Shown piece by piece: positions 1 through 9,122 of a stretch of DNA of 64,000 nt. Every line of letters starts with the position of its first letter. Positions within the stretch are counted from its first letter, which is position 1. A program made the position numbers and the translations under genes. Where the stretch lies: assembly GCA_910577875.1 (NCBI GenBank), contig CAJTNY010000006.1, forward strand, positions 397-64,396, given 5' to 3'. The notes under the pieces were generated by a model. It was not told where the DNA came from. It was given only the letters and a program-made list of their open reading frames with translations, and searched no databases. Source of the stretch: an uncultured Christensenella sp. GTDB taxonomy: Bacteria > Bacillota > Clostridia > Christensenellales > Borkfalkiaceae.

Positions 1-666
1 AGCGGCGGAGTGGATAGTGCGACTTGTCTCGGGTTGGCGGTTCAAAAATACGGCGCGACGGAAGTTTCTGCCCTTTCCGTTTACTATGGTCAGACTCATA
101 GTAAAGAACTCGACGCAGCGCAAAAAGTTGCTGACTTTTACGGCGTTGATTTAAAGCGGCTTGACCTATCGGTCATATTCGAAGGTTCCGACTGTTCGCT
201 TTTGGCGGATTCGCCCAAGGTTATACCTTTGCAAAGCTATGCCGAACAGCTTTCCGTAACAGGCGGTAAACCCGTTTCAACCTATGTCCCTTTCAGAAAT
301 GGGCTGTTTCTTTCGGCAGCGGCAAGCGTGGCGCTTTCTCATGGTTGCGAGGTGATATATTACGGCGCTCACGGCGACGATGCGGCGGGCAACGCCTATC
401 CGGATTGCAGCGAAAAGTTTAATTCCGCTATGGGAGAAGCTATTTATACAGGCAGTGGCGGACAGCTTAGAATTCTTGCGCCATTTGTAAACTTAAACAA
501 ATCTCAGGTTGTAAAAATTGGAATAGAACTCGGTGTTCCTTATAAATATACCTGGAGCTGTTATTCGGGGGGCGGAAAACCTTGCGGCGTATGCGCTACT
601 TGCCGTGACCGTGCTGCCGCATTTAAAGCCAACGGAATAGAAGACCCTGCAATAAAAGGAGAATAA
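1..666 (+). CDS. queC: 7-cyano-7-deazaguanine synthase QueC (5' end cut by window edge)
   Basis: Frame 1 opens on SGGVDS (PP-loop motif). C-terminal Cys cluster [10 protein letters not shown]. queF follows directly. Confidence 0.9.
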   Translation, partial: SGGVDSATCLGLAVQKYGATEVSALSVYYGQTHSKELDAAQKVADFYGVDLKRLDLSVIFEGSDCSLLADSPKVIPLQSYAEQLSVTGGKPVSTYVPFRNGLFLSAAASVALSHGCEVIYYGAHGDDAAGNAYPDCSEKFNSAMGEAIYTGSGGQLRILAPFVNLNKSQVVKIGIELGVPYKYTWSCYSGGGKPCGVCATCRDRAAAFKANGIEDPAIKGE

Positions 667-667
667 T

Positions 668-1159
668 ATGCCAAGAGAAAAACAGAACGAAGGTATTACC
701 TTGCTCGGTAACAACAATACTAAATATCCGAATACTTACGATCCGTCTGTTTTGGAATCGTTTACAAACAAACATCCGGGAAGGGACTATTTCGTAAAGT
801 TCAATTGTCCGGAATTCACAAGTCTCTGCCCCATTACTGGACAGCCCGACTTTGCCACGGTCTATATTTCTTACGTACCTCGCGAAAAGATGGTTGAAAG
901 TAAGTCTTTAAAATTGTATCTTTTCGGGTTCAGAAACCGCGGCGATTTCCACGAGGATTGCATTAATATAATTATGAACGACCTTATTGATTTGTTGGAC
1001 CCTGCATATATTGAGGTATGGGGCAGGTTTTTGCCTCGCGGCGGAATTTCAATAGATCCATATTGCAACTATGGAAAAAATGGAACTAAGTGGGAACAGG
1101 TAGCCTGGGACAGACTTTCACATCACGATATGTATCCCGAAAAAATAGATAACAGATAA
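668..1159 (+). CDS. queF: NADPH-dependent 7-cyano-7-deazaguanine (preQ0) reductase QueF, type I
   Basis: 163 aa with CPITGQPDF catalytic Cys motif and the E(S/L)K(S/A)hK(L/Y)(Y/F/W)-type motif ([10 protein letters not shown]). Adjacent to queC. Confidence 0.9.
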   Translation: MPREKQNEGITLLGNNNTKYPNTYDPSVLESFTNKHPGRDYFVKFNCPEFTSLCPITGQPDFATVYISYVPREKMVESKSLKLYLFGFRNRGDFHEDCINIIMNDLIDLLDPAYIEVWGRFLPRGGISIDPYCNYGKNGTKWEQVAWDRLSHHDMYPEKIDNR

Positions 1160-1161
1160 TA

Positions 1162-1186
1162 AAAAAGCGGACGTACGTCCGTTTTT
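1162..1186 (+). terminator. Intrinsic terminator after queF
   Basis: Perfect palindrome CGGACGTACGTCCG (1168-1181) followed by TTTTT. Confidence 0.6.
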
Positions 1187-1238
1187 ATTGTATAACGAAA
1201 ACCACGCGACTATCGCGTGGTTTTCGTTATACAATAAA
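1184..1238. repeat. Perfect 26-bp inverted repeat with 3-nt loop (55-nt hairpin)
   Basis: TTTATTGTATAACGAAAACCACGCGA-cta-TCGCGTGGTTTTCGTTATACAATAAA, every position complementary. Lies between convergent queF and tRNA-Arg. Confidence 0.85.
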
Positions 1239-1272
1239 TGTCGTATTCAGTCTTTCGACAAAATACGACATT
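1237..1272 (-). terminator. Hairpin immediately 3' of tRNA-Arg (probable terminator or processing hairpin)
   Basis: AATGTCGTATT / AATACGACATT 11-bp arms with a 14-nt loop that contains a GTC-tttc-GAC sub-stem. Starts 6 nt after the tRNA CCA end. Confidence 0.5.
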
Positions 1273-1277
1273 ATTCT

Positions 1278-1352
1278 TGGTGTTCCCGCCGGGAGTCGAA
1301 CCCGAAATACGGACTTAGGAGGTCCGGGTTATATCCATTTAACTACGGAAAC
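1278..1352 (-). tRNA. tRNA-Arg (anticodon CCT)
   Basis: 75-nt cloverleaf: acceptor GTTTCCG/CGGGAAC (one G-U), D stem GTTA/TAAC, anticodon stem CGGAC/GTCCG with loop CTCCTAA, T arm TCGGG-TTCGACT-CCCGG, discriminator A, encoded CCA. Confidence 0.85.
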
Positions 1353-1365
1353 ATAAGCAAAATAT

Positions 1366-1394
1366 TTTATACCAATTTTATATTCAGTTGTCAA
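1366..1394 (-). promoter_or_regulatory. Sigma-A-type promoter for tRNA-Arg
   Basis: On the minus strand, TTGACA - 17 nt - TATAAA. The -10 ends about 14 nt before the mature tRNA 5' end. Confidence 0.5.
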
Positions 1395-1440
1395 AAGTAC
1401 GTCAAAACAGCCATTTTAGCCCCCAAATAGACTGTTTTTT

Positions 1441-1507
1441 CGTGTTCCGTGTGGATATAGTGAACACTTAGGAAGGGGGGGTAGATATCCATTAACTATG
1501 GAAGCGC
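1441..1507 (-). pseudogene. Degenerate tRNA-Arg(CCT)-like remnant
   Basis: Aligns to the 5' half of the neighbouring tRNA (TTCC.TAGTTAA.TGGATAT, anticodon loop TTCCTAAGT) and to its 3' end (CGGAACAC). The D stem, anticodon stem and T arm no longer pair, and it is about 10 nt shorter. Confidence 0.35.
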
Positions 1508-1517
1508 ATATTATTTC

Positions 1518-1544
1518 AAAAGCGAGCGGTGTACGCTCGCTTTT
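1518..1544 (-). terminator. Intrinsic terminator after rpsT
   Basis: AGCGAGCG-gtgta-CGCTCGCT flanked by an A-run and a T-run. On the minus strand it is followed by TTTTGAAAT. Confidence 0.6.
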
Positions 1545-1564
1545 AATAATTCGCGATAGAAGTT

Positions 1565-1828
1565 TTACGCCATAGCGTTAAGCTTTTTGGCAAGTCCCGA
1601 TTTTTTGTTAGCGGCGGTATTCTTTTTAAGAACGCCTTTTGAAACTGCGCCGTCGATAACGGAACAGGTATAGGGGAATTTCGCGGTTGCAGCTGCTTTA
1701 TCGCCTGCTTCGACCAAAGAAAGAAATTTCTTGACTTCGGTTTTTACTTCGGATTTAACGGCCTTATTTCTCTCCGTTTTTTTATCGGTAACAAGAACAC
1801 GCTTTTTTGCTGACTTTATGTTAGGCAT
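1565..1828 (-). CDS. rpsT: 30S ribosomal protein S20
   Basis: 87 aa, MPNIKSAKKR start, basic Lys/Ala-rich composition typical of S20. Confidence 0.92.
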   Translation of the reverse strand: MPNIKSAKKRVLVTDKKTERNKAVKSEVKTEVKKFLSLVEAGDKAAATAKFPYTCSVIDGAVSKGVLKKNTAANKKSGLAKKLNAMA

Positions 1829-1967
1829 TTATTATCTCCTTTGGAAACGCTTTTACTTAAATTCTTATGTGATTTTATCATAAAAAAGCATAGTTGTAAA
1901 CTGTTTTTTAACGGCTTTTCAGAAAATTTTAATATATTTTTATCTTTGATAATATTAATAATACTGT

Positions 1968-2723
1968 ATGGATAAAAATATTAACCGCTCGGTTTGCTTC
2001 TTTGACAGCGGTATAGGCGGACTAAGTTTATTATATGAATGCGTGCGCAGATTGCCGTGCGTAGATTTTACATATTTTGCCGATAATTTTCGTGTGCCGT
2101 ACGGTGCACTGACGCGTGAAGAATTAATAAGTATCGCCGATGAAAAGTTTACCAAGATAAGTAAACTTAAACCCATTGCTGCGGTATTGGCTTGTAATAC
2201 GCTTACGGCGCAGTGTATAGATTATTTAAGGCGGAAATACCCATTTGAAATTATCGGTATACAACCTGCAATTAAACCGGCTGCGGTCTGCAAAGGAAAA
2301 TGTGTCGTACTTGCAACTCCGTCAACTGCCGGAAGCAAATCTTTAAAATTGCTTGTCGAAAAATATGGCTTGGGGAATACTGAAGTTGTAGCTTGTCCCG
2401 ATTTGGCATATTATATAGAGAATAATATTTCTGAACTTTCGTTTGACAAAGTGAAACGGTTTTTGCCGGAAAAAAAAGCCGGCAGCGTCGTACTGGGTTG
2501 CACTCATTACGTGTTCGTGAAAGAGATGATAAAAGACTTTTATAACTGTCCTGTTTTCGACGGTATAGACGGGACGGCGGCGCATTTATGCGAAAAAATA
2601 GGGATTTTTGACCACCAATGTGAAAGAATACAAAAAATATCGTTTTTAAGCGGTGATACGGCTAAAAATCGACTTGTATTCAATACGCTTTTAATGAAAG
2701 GTGGAGTTAATTCCCAAAATTAA
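1968..2723 (+). CDS. murI: Glutamate racemase
   Basis: FFDSGIGGLS N-terminus and both catalytic Cys contexts (LACNT and LGCTHY). Confidence 0.9.
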   Translation: MDKNINRSVCFFDSGIGGLSLLYECVRRLPCVDFTYFADNFRVPYGALTREELISIADEKFTKISKLKPIAAVLACNTLTAQCIDYLRRKYPFEIIGIQPAIKPAAVCKGKCVVLATPSTAGSKSLKLLVEKYGLGNTEVVACPDLAYYIENNISELSFDKVKRFLPEKKAGSVVLGCTHYVFVKEMIKDFYNCPVFDGIDGTAAHLCEKIGIFDHQCERIQKISFLSGDTAKNRLVFNTLLMKGGVNSQN

Positions 2724-2775
2724 AATAAATAAATTAAAAATATTAAAAAAATTTAAACTTTTTATGCTTTGGTGG

Positions 2776-2804
2776 TTGACAGTGGTCATTTTAGGTGTTA
2801 TTAT
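2776..2804 (+). promoter_or_regulatory. dcw (mraZ) promoter with extended -10
   Basis: TTGACA (2776-2781), 17 nt, TATTAT (2799-2804), preceded by TGt. Lies 30 nt upstream of the mraZ ATG. Confidence 0.6.
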
Positions 2805-2833
2805 AGATACATAGTTTACTCAGGGTAGTTTCA

Positions 2834-3259
2834 ATGTTTTTTCTTACAGGCGAATACGAGCATCAGATTGATGCCAAAAACAGAATAAGAATACCTGCCA
2901 AGCTCAAGGGGAAGGAAGAAAAGCTTTACTTCTCTAAGGGTACGAACGGCTGTATTTTCGTGTTTTATGAAGCCGCAATAAAAGAAAAACTTGAAAAGCT
3001 CGAAGAAATAAAAATTTCAGATATGGAAAAGCAAAAAGGAATGAGAGCGTTCACGAAATCTCTAAAACTTGTTGAGATGGATACGCAGGGAAGGCTCGTA
3101 ATTCCTCCCGAATTAAAAAGTTATTCCAAGATAATCAAGGATATAAAAATCTGCGGCGCAGGTTCGAGAATAGAAATTTGGTCAAAAGAAGTTTACGACG
3201 AGTATTTTGCTGACGACGATGAAAACTTTGACAAAAATTTCGGGTATCTGGATATTTAA
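2834..3259 (+). CDS. mraZ: Transcriptional regulator MraZ
   Basis: 141 aa. The N-terminal copy carries the DxxxR motif (DAKNRIRIP); the second SpoVT/AbrB-like half reads DTQGRLVIP. First gene of the dcw cluster. Confidence 0.92.
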   Translation: MFFLTGEYEHQIDAKNRIRIPAKLKGKEEKLYFSKGTNGCIFVFYEAAIKEKLEKLEEIKISDMEKQKGMRAFTKSLKLVEMDTQGRLVIPPELKSYSKIIKDIKICGAGSRIEIWSKEVYDEYFADDDENFDKNFGYLDI

Positions 3260-3261
3260 CT

Positions 3262-4203
3262 ATGAAAGACTTTGCGCATATTCCCGTAATGCTTGACGAA
3301 TGTATGGACGCGCTTGATATAAAAGACGGCGGCGTATACTTCGACGGAACAGTAGGCGGTGGAGGTCATTCGTTCGAAATACTTAGTCGTTCCGCTCCGT
3401 CGGGTAGGTTGATTGCCACTGATTTGGACGACGATGCCATTTCGGCGGCGACGGAAAGACTTTCGCTGTTTCGCGGTAGATTTGAAATTTTTAAATATGA
3501 TTATAAAAACTATGACGAAGTTTTAAATCTTGCCGGTGTGGAAAAACTCGACGGCGCTCTGCTCGATTTTGGGGTTTCAAGTTTTCAGCTTGACTGTGAA
3601 GAGAGGGGATTTTCATATATGAAGCCGTCGTCACCGCTTGATATGCGCATGGATAAAAATGCGGATTTAACAGCCGAAATAATTCTAAACGAATATTCGC
3701 AGAAACAGATTTCGAATATTTTAAAAGATTTCGGCGAAGAAAAATTTGCAAACCAAATTGCCGCGAACGTGGTTAAGTTTCGGAACGTCAGACGTATGAC
3801 GACCTGCGGAGAATTTGCGGAAATTATAGAAAACAGCATACCTGCTAAATTCCGTCATAACGGACCTTGCGCGAGAAAAAGTTTTCAAGCGGTAAGAATA
3901 GCGGTTAACGGGGAACTCGAAGGACTATACGAATGTATTTTGGGTTTGACGCGCAGACTAAAAAAAGGCGGAAGAATAGCGATTTTGACTTTTCACTCGC
4001 TTGAAGACAGAATAGTAAAACAAGCTTTCAGAATGCTTGAATGCGATTGTCTCTGTGATAAAAGTCTTCCGGTATGTGTTTGCGGAAAAATCAAAGAGAT
4101 AGAAATTTTAACTAAAAAACCGATAACCGCAAGCGTAAAAGAAACGGCGGTAAATTCGCGTTCGAAGTGTGCAAAACTTCGTGTCGCGGAGAAAATTATT
4201 TGA
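3262..4203 (+). CDS. rsmH: 16S rRNA (cytosine1402-N4)-methyltransferase RsmH
   Basis: HIPVML, DGTVGGGGHS SAM-binding motif, DFGVSSFQLD. Canonical position after mraZ. Confidence 0.92.
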   Translation: MKDFAHIPVMLDECMDALDIKDGGVYFDGTVGGGGHSFEILSRSAPSGRLIATDLDDDAISAATERLSLFRGRFEIFKYDYKNYDEVLNLAGVEKLDGALLDFGVSSFQLDCEERGFSYMKPSSPLDMRMDKNADLTAEIILNEYSQKQISNILKDFGEEKFANQIAANVVKFRNVRRMTTCGEFAEIIENSIPAKFRHNGPCARKSFQAVRIAVNGELEGLYECILGLTRRLKKGGRIAILTFHSLEDRIVKQAFRMLECDCLCDKSLPVCVCGKIKEIEILTKKPITASVKETAVNSRSKCAKLRVAEKII

Positions 4204-4223
4204 TTACGGTAAGGAGAAAAATT

Positions 4224-4952
4224 ATGGCAGTTGCATCGCCCGTATTGGAAAGGAATGCCGATACCGAAGAAAAAGAATATACAAGAGAATATCGCGATTC
4301 TTATTTAAGCGAGGAAGAGAGGCATAATTCGCGCATAAGCGAAAACTATGCGAGATTAATCAATCCCGAGAGCAGAACGAAAGATATACTGCCTTCAAGA
4401 AGCGCGGAGAAGGAAATTACAGTCGAGCAGACGGAAACTAATTCTGCTGCGCGTGAAATTTTATTCCAAAGACCTTATCTTGTTGAAAATGCGCGTGCCG
4501 ACGCGGATATTTTCCGTGCCGACAGCTCGGTTAACCGCAAGTTGTTTTCTGCGGAAACGGCGGTTCCTGAGTCTGTGACGGACGAGGAAGAGAACGAGGA
4601 TCTTCGTCCCACGCAGACAACAATTCAGTATAAAACTGCGGGAGTGGTAAAAACCGTTGAAGAAGGTAAAATTGCAACAAGACCTTCGCAGACAAAGCGT
4701 TCTGCTTTGACAAAGAAAGACAGAATAATAATAGCCGTTGCACTGTCGGTGATAGTTGCTTTATTTATACTTATAATAGTTAACTCGGCTGTTATTTCTA
4801 ACTTGAACAAAGAAGTCGGTGCGTTGCAAAACAATTTGACGCAGGCTGAAAACGCTTATTCGGAAGCTCTTGCCGAAACGGAAGATTTTAAGTCCAATTG
4901 GTATCAGGAAGTAGAGGATTTTGCAAATAAAAACGGAATGATTCTCGGTTAA
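4224..4952 (+). CDS. FtsL-like cell division protein with long N-terminal extension
   Basis: AAGGAG RBS 7 nt before the ATG at 4224, which is better than the track start at 4167. Single TM (IIIAVALSVIVALFILIIVNSAVI) followed by a short coiled-coil tail. Positioned between rsmH and the PBP. Confidence 0.55.
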   Translation: MAVASPVLERNADTEEKEYTREYRDSYLSEEERHNSRISENYARLINPESRTKDILPSRSAEKEITVEQTETNSAAREILFQRPYLVENARADADIFRADSSVNRKLFSAETAVPESVTDEEENEDLRPTQTTIQYKTAGVVKTVEEGKIATRPSQTKRSALTKKDRIIIAVALSVIVALFILIIVNSAVISNLNKEVGALQNNLTQAENAYSEALAETEDFKSNWYQEVEDFANKNGMILG

Positions 4953-4959
4953 GGAGACA

Positions 4960-6720
4960 ATGAAAATAAAAAAATTTAATAAAATCAACAAATCGGGTTT
5001 CTCGATTACAGTATTACAAAAGAGGTTATTGTCAATGGGTTTGGCAATAGCCTTTATTTTTTGCATAATTTTCGCACGGTTGTTATATGTTCAGCTCGTA
5101 TGGGGGTCGGAGCTTAAATACAGAGCTTCGGACCAATGGAACAGGGAAATACCGGTTATTGCGAGCAGAGGTTTGATAACGGACGCAAACGGAGAAATTC
5201 TTGTCGGAAACAAGACTACATACAGCGTGTTTCTGCGTCCGAACGCAGTAGAAAACGCTGAGTATACCGCTACTGTTTTGAGCGGTTTGTTTACGATCGA
5301 TCCGAATTCTATAATCGAAAAAATCAATGGCGGGAAAGTTTCCGAAATAACGGTCGCAAGACAGGTTTCAAAGGAAAGCGTCGAAAAACTCGTTTCCTAT
5401 AATCTATCGGGTGTTTATTATTCGCGCGACAATACCAGACAATATGCGTACAATGACGTGCTTTGTCAGGTTCTCGGGTTTACTTCGAATGACGGTTCGG
5501 GACTTTCGGGGATAGAAAAATATTACAATAAAATTTTAAGCGGAACGAACGGCGAAATAAGCTATACAACCGATATCGTAGGCGTAGAAACGGAAAACTC
5601 GGTGGTCGTTTACAGCGAAGCTAAGGCGGGCGCTGAGATCAGGCTGACGGTCGATATTGATATTCAGCTTGCGGCGGAGGATGCAATGCGCAGCGTTTAT
5701 GTTTCAAGCGGCGCCAAGTCTGTATCGTGTATTGTGCTTAATCCTCAGAATTTCGATATTCTCGCAATGGTGAATTATCCCTCGTACGACCTTAACAATG
5801 TTCCGAGAGACGATAAGGATTCGCTCAACACGCTTTCGAGAAACAGTATTGTATGCGATATTTACGAGCCGGGTTCGACGTTTAAAATCGTTACTGCGGC
5901 GGCGAATATTGAAGAGTATCTACGCGGGAATAACAAGGCTTTTTCACCGTCATATGTATTTAACGGAAGCAGGACGAGAACTGTGGACGGAACGAAAATT
6001 AAGTGCTGGTCGGACCACTCGAACGGCAAACACTCGAACCAGACTCTTGCCGACGCGCTGAATAATAGCTGTAACCCGTGTTTTACGGACATAGCTCTTT
6101 CGCTCGGTACGGATAATTTTTATAATTATCTGAACGATTTCGGGTTTGGAAACGTAACAGGTCTTGACTTTAACGGCGAAGCGTTGGGAATGCTGGTGCC
6201 TCAGTCTTTGGTACGCGACTGCGATCTTGCTAGAATAGGTTTCGGTCAGACTGTCGCGGTAACGGGAATTCAGCTTGCCTGTGCGGCCGCGGCTACCGTG
6301 AACGGCGGTAATTATTATATGCCGCATTTTTTAAAATCGGTTGTGCTTTCAAACGGAAACGTGGAAAACTTTAAACCCGTTTTAAAATATAAGCCGATAA
6401 GCGAAAAAGCTTCGTCGATGCTTGCTTCGATGCTTGAAGGCGTAGTTACGGAAGGCAGCGGCAAAAAAGCTTACATAGATGGTTACAAAGTAGGCGGTAA
6501 GACTGGAACTGCGCAGAAATACGAAGACGGACACATTGCTTCGGGCAAATACATATCTTCGTTTGTAGGCTTTTTCCCTTCGGATAAACCGCAGTATCTC
6601 GCGTTAATCATAGTCGACGAACCGCAGGGAATTTATTACGGAAGCGCTGTTGCGGCTCCTGTAGCGAAAGAAATTTTCGAGGACATTATTAAAATCAAAA
6701 ATATCAAACCGTACGTATAG
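4960..6720 (+). CDS. Class B penicillin-binding protein (FtsI/PBP2B/SpoVD-type transpeptidase)
   Basis: N-terminal TM, then STFK (SxxK), SCN (SxN) and KTGT motifs in order. Located in the dcw cluster. Confidence 0.9.
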   Translation: MKIKKFNKINKSGFSITVLQKRLLSMGLAIAFIFCIIFARLLYVQLVWGSELKYRASDQWNREIPVIASRGLITDANGEILVGNKTTYSVFLRPNAVENAEYTATVLSGLFTIDPNSIIEKINGGKVSEITVARQVSKESVEKLVSYNLSGVYYSRDNTRQYAYNDVLCQVLGFTSNDGSGLSGIEKYYNKILSGTNGEISYTTDIVGVETENSVVVYSEAKAGAEIRLTVDIDIQLAAEDAMRSVYVSSGAKSVSCIVLNPQNFDILAMVNYPSYDLNNVPRDDKDSLNTLSRNSIVCDIYEPGSTFKIVTAAANIEEYLRGNNKAFSPSYVFNGSRTRTVDGTKIKCWSDHSNGKHSNQTLADALNNSCNPCFTDIALSLGTDNFYNYLNDFGFGNVTGLDFNGEALGMLVPQSLVRDCDLARIGFGQTVAVTGIQLACAAAATVNGGNYYMPHFLKSVVLSNGNVENFKPVLKYKPISEKASSMLASMLEGVVTEGSGKKAYIDGYKVGGKTGTAQKYEDGHIASGKYISSFVGFFPSDKPQYLALIIVDEPQGIYYGSAVAAPVAKEIFEDIIKIKNIKPYV

Positions 6721-6728
6721 GTAGGAAT

Positions 6729-8165
6729 ATGAAAATCGGCGAACTTTTAAAATACTTAGATTATAAAGAATTTACGGGCGACAGAGAAACGGTTTTTACG
6801 GGACTGTGTGCAGACAGTCAGAAAGTTAAACGCGGAGACTTGTTCTTTTGCTATGAAGGCGAAAATCACGATTCGCATCAATTTATATTCGAAGCTGAGA
6901 AAGCGGGTGCTTCGGCGGTTGTCTGCGAGAAAAGACTGCAGTGCACGCTCCCTCAGATTATAGTTGAAAACGGAAGAAAAGCCATCGCTCCTTCTGCACG
7001 TGCTTTTTACGGTTTTTCTGATAAGAAATTAAAAATCGTTGGAATCACGGGTACCAACGGCAAAACTACAACCGCTTATATGTTAGACGGTATTTTTAAG
7101 TCAGCCGGTAAAAAGACGGGTGTAATAGGGACTCTGGGTATAAGTTATGCCGATAAATTCGTTTCTCCCGAACTTACCACTCCTGACCCTATATTTCTGC
7201 ACTCTATATTTTTTGATATGTTAAACTGCGGTGTTGAATACGTGTTTATGGAGGTATCAGCTCACGCGCTTTATTACGATAAAATACACGGGCTGAAATT
7301 CGAAGTCGGCATTTTTACAAATTGCACTCAGGACCATCTCGACTTTTTTAAGAATATGGACGAGTACTCGGAATGCAAAAAGCTTTTGTTCGCTGACGGC
7401 AGGTGCGCATATTCTGTAATAAATTCCGACGATAATCTCGGACGTTGTATACTCGGGGATTGTAAAAACGTTATAAGTTACGGTCTGAAAAATCCTGCCG
7501 ACGTTTTTGCGGTAAATATTTCCGAGCGCATAGACGGTACTTCGTTCGTGATAAATCTTTTGGACGAACTGTACGATATGAAATTAAATCTGCCTGCGCT
7601 GCATAACGTTTATAATGCAATGGGCGCGGCGGCGTGCGCTAAAATTCTCGGCGTAAAGACGGAACATATTGCCAAAGGGTTAAGCGCTCTGAAAAACGTT
7701 TCGGGAAGATTGGAAAGAGTTGCAAGGTATAACGGCGCGGATATTTTCGTTGATTTTGCACATACTCCCGACGGACTCGAAAAATCTTTGCAAGCTTTGA
7801 AAAAATTATGTCAAGGCAAGCTTTATTGCCTTTTCGGTTGCGGCGGCAACAGGGATAAAAGCAAAAGACCACTTATGGGTGCGATAGCATCGAAGTATGC
7901 AGATTTTTGCATTATAACTTCGGATAACCCTCGGTATGAGGACCCGTATGATATCATTTCGGAAATAGAGGCGGGATTTAAGCCTTCGGGGAAAAAATAT
8001 GTAACCGTAACGGAGCGTGAAACCGCAACGGAATACGCGATTAATTTGCTTGAAAAAGACGATATCCTACTGGTTGCCGGAAAGGGCGGCGAATATTATC
8101 AGGAAATAATGGGAATAAAACATAGCTACAACGACAATACGGTAATAAAAAAAATCATCGGATAA
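6729..8165 (+). CDS. murE: UDP-N-acetylmuramoyl-L-alanyl-D-glutamate--2,6-diaminopimelate ligase
   Basis: GITGTNGKTTT P-loop. The DNPR motif (TSDNPRYEDP) is associated with meso-DAP-adding MurE enzymes. Confidence 0.9.
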   Translation: MKIGELLKYLDYKEFTGDRETVFTGLCADSQKVKRGDLFFCYEGENHDSHQFIFEAEKAGASAVVCEKRLQCTLPQIIVENGRKAIAPSARAFYGFSDKKLKIVGITGTNGKTTTAYMLDGIFKSAGKKTGVIGTLGISYADKFVSPELTTPDPIFLHSIFFDMLNCGVEYVFMEVSAHALYYDKIHGLKFEVGIFTNCTQDHLDFFKNMDEYSECKKLLFADGRCAYSVINSDDNLGRCILGDCKNVISYGLKNPADVFAVNISERIDGTSFVINLLDELYDMKLNLPALHNVYNAMGAAACAKILGVKTEHIAKGLSALKNVSGRLERVARYNGADIFVDFAHTPDGLEKSLQALKKLCQGKLYCLFGCGGNRDKSKRPLMGAIASKYADFCIITSDNPRYEDPYDIISEIEAGFKPSGKKYVTVTERETATEYAINLLEKDDILLVAGKGGEYYQEIMGIKHSYNDNTVIKKIIG

Positions 8166-8171
8166 TTATTA

Positions 8172-9116
8172 ATGAAAACTTTTCTTGCGGTTATGCTTGC
8201 CGCGTTCGGCGCTTCGCTGTTTTTGCTTTTGATTACGTTGCCGCTTTTAAAGAGATTGAAAGCGGGACAATATATTTTGGGTTACGTCAAAGAACATAAA
8301 GACAAGGGCGGTACTCCGACGATGGGGGGGCTTGCTTTCATTGCGGCAATAATTGCTGTCGGATTGTGTGCGCTCGGTGTTCGTGACGGTAAAGTCAATA
8401 TGACGCTTGCGGTAACGGGAGGATTTACAATCGTCGGCTTTTTGGACGATTTTTTAAAAATTTACCGTAAGGACAACGGTGGGCTCAAACCGTATCAGAA
8501 AATCATTTTTCAGTTAGCTATCGCAACAGTCGCGGCGGTATACTGTTATTTAAACGGAATCACGCGTCTTTTTATACCTTTTGCGGGAAAATCGGGGTTC
8601 GATATCGGTTGGGGAATTATTCCTCTTGTAATTTTGATTTTTATAGCGACAGTGAATTGCGTAAATTTGACGGACGGTCTCGACGGGCTTGCAGGCGGGA
8701 CAAGCACTGCATATTTGCTGGTGTTCGGAATTATCCTGTATATGCAAGGGAATGGTTCCGCAACGCTTTGTTTTATCGCGGTCGGCGCATTGTCGGCGTT
8801 TTTGTTGCTGAACGTAAATAAAGCTTCGGTGTTTATGGGGGATACGGGTTCGCTCGCACTCGGCGGTTTTATTTCCTGCATATCCGTATTTTCTGGTAAT
8901 GCCTTTTATATTCCTGTTATCGGAATAATGTTCGTGATTTCGGGAATATCCGTTATAGTTCAGGTAATATATTATAAACGGACAAGGCGCAGGGTGTTTT
9001 TGATGGCTCCGATTCATCATCATTTTCAGATGAAGGGGCATACGGAATGTAAAATAGTTTATGCTTACGTTTTAATTACCGCGCTTGTCGGAATAATCTG
9101 TTTGTTGTTTGTGTGA
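8172..9116 (+). CDS. mraY: Phospho-N-acetylmuramoyl-pentapeptide transferase
   Basis: Polytopic membrane protein with NLTDGLDGLA and MGDTGSLALGG motifs. Confidence 0.93.
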   Translation: MKTFLAVMLAAFGASLFLLLITLPLLKRLKAGQYILGYVKEHKDKGGTPTMGGLAFIAAIIAVGLCALGVRDGKVNMTLAVTGGFTIVGFLDDFLKIYRKDNGGLKPYQKIIFQLAIATVAAVYCYLNGITRLFIPFAGKSGFDIGWGIIPLVILIFIATVNCVNLTDGLDGLAGGTSTAYLLVFGIILYMQGNGSATLCFIAVGALSAFLLLNVNKASVFMGDTGSLALGGFISCISVFSGNAFYIPVIGIMFVISGISVIVQVIYYKRTRRRVFLMAPIHHHFQMKGHTECKIVYAYVLITALVGIICLLFV

Positions 9117-9122
9117 GGAAAG

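Noticed and set aside
1188-1430. 80-codon plus-strand ORF
   Set aside because: It runs through the long palindrome and the antisense of tRNA-Arg. The tRNA call explains the region.
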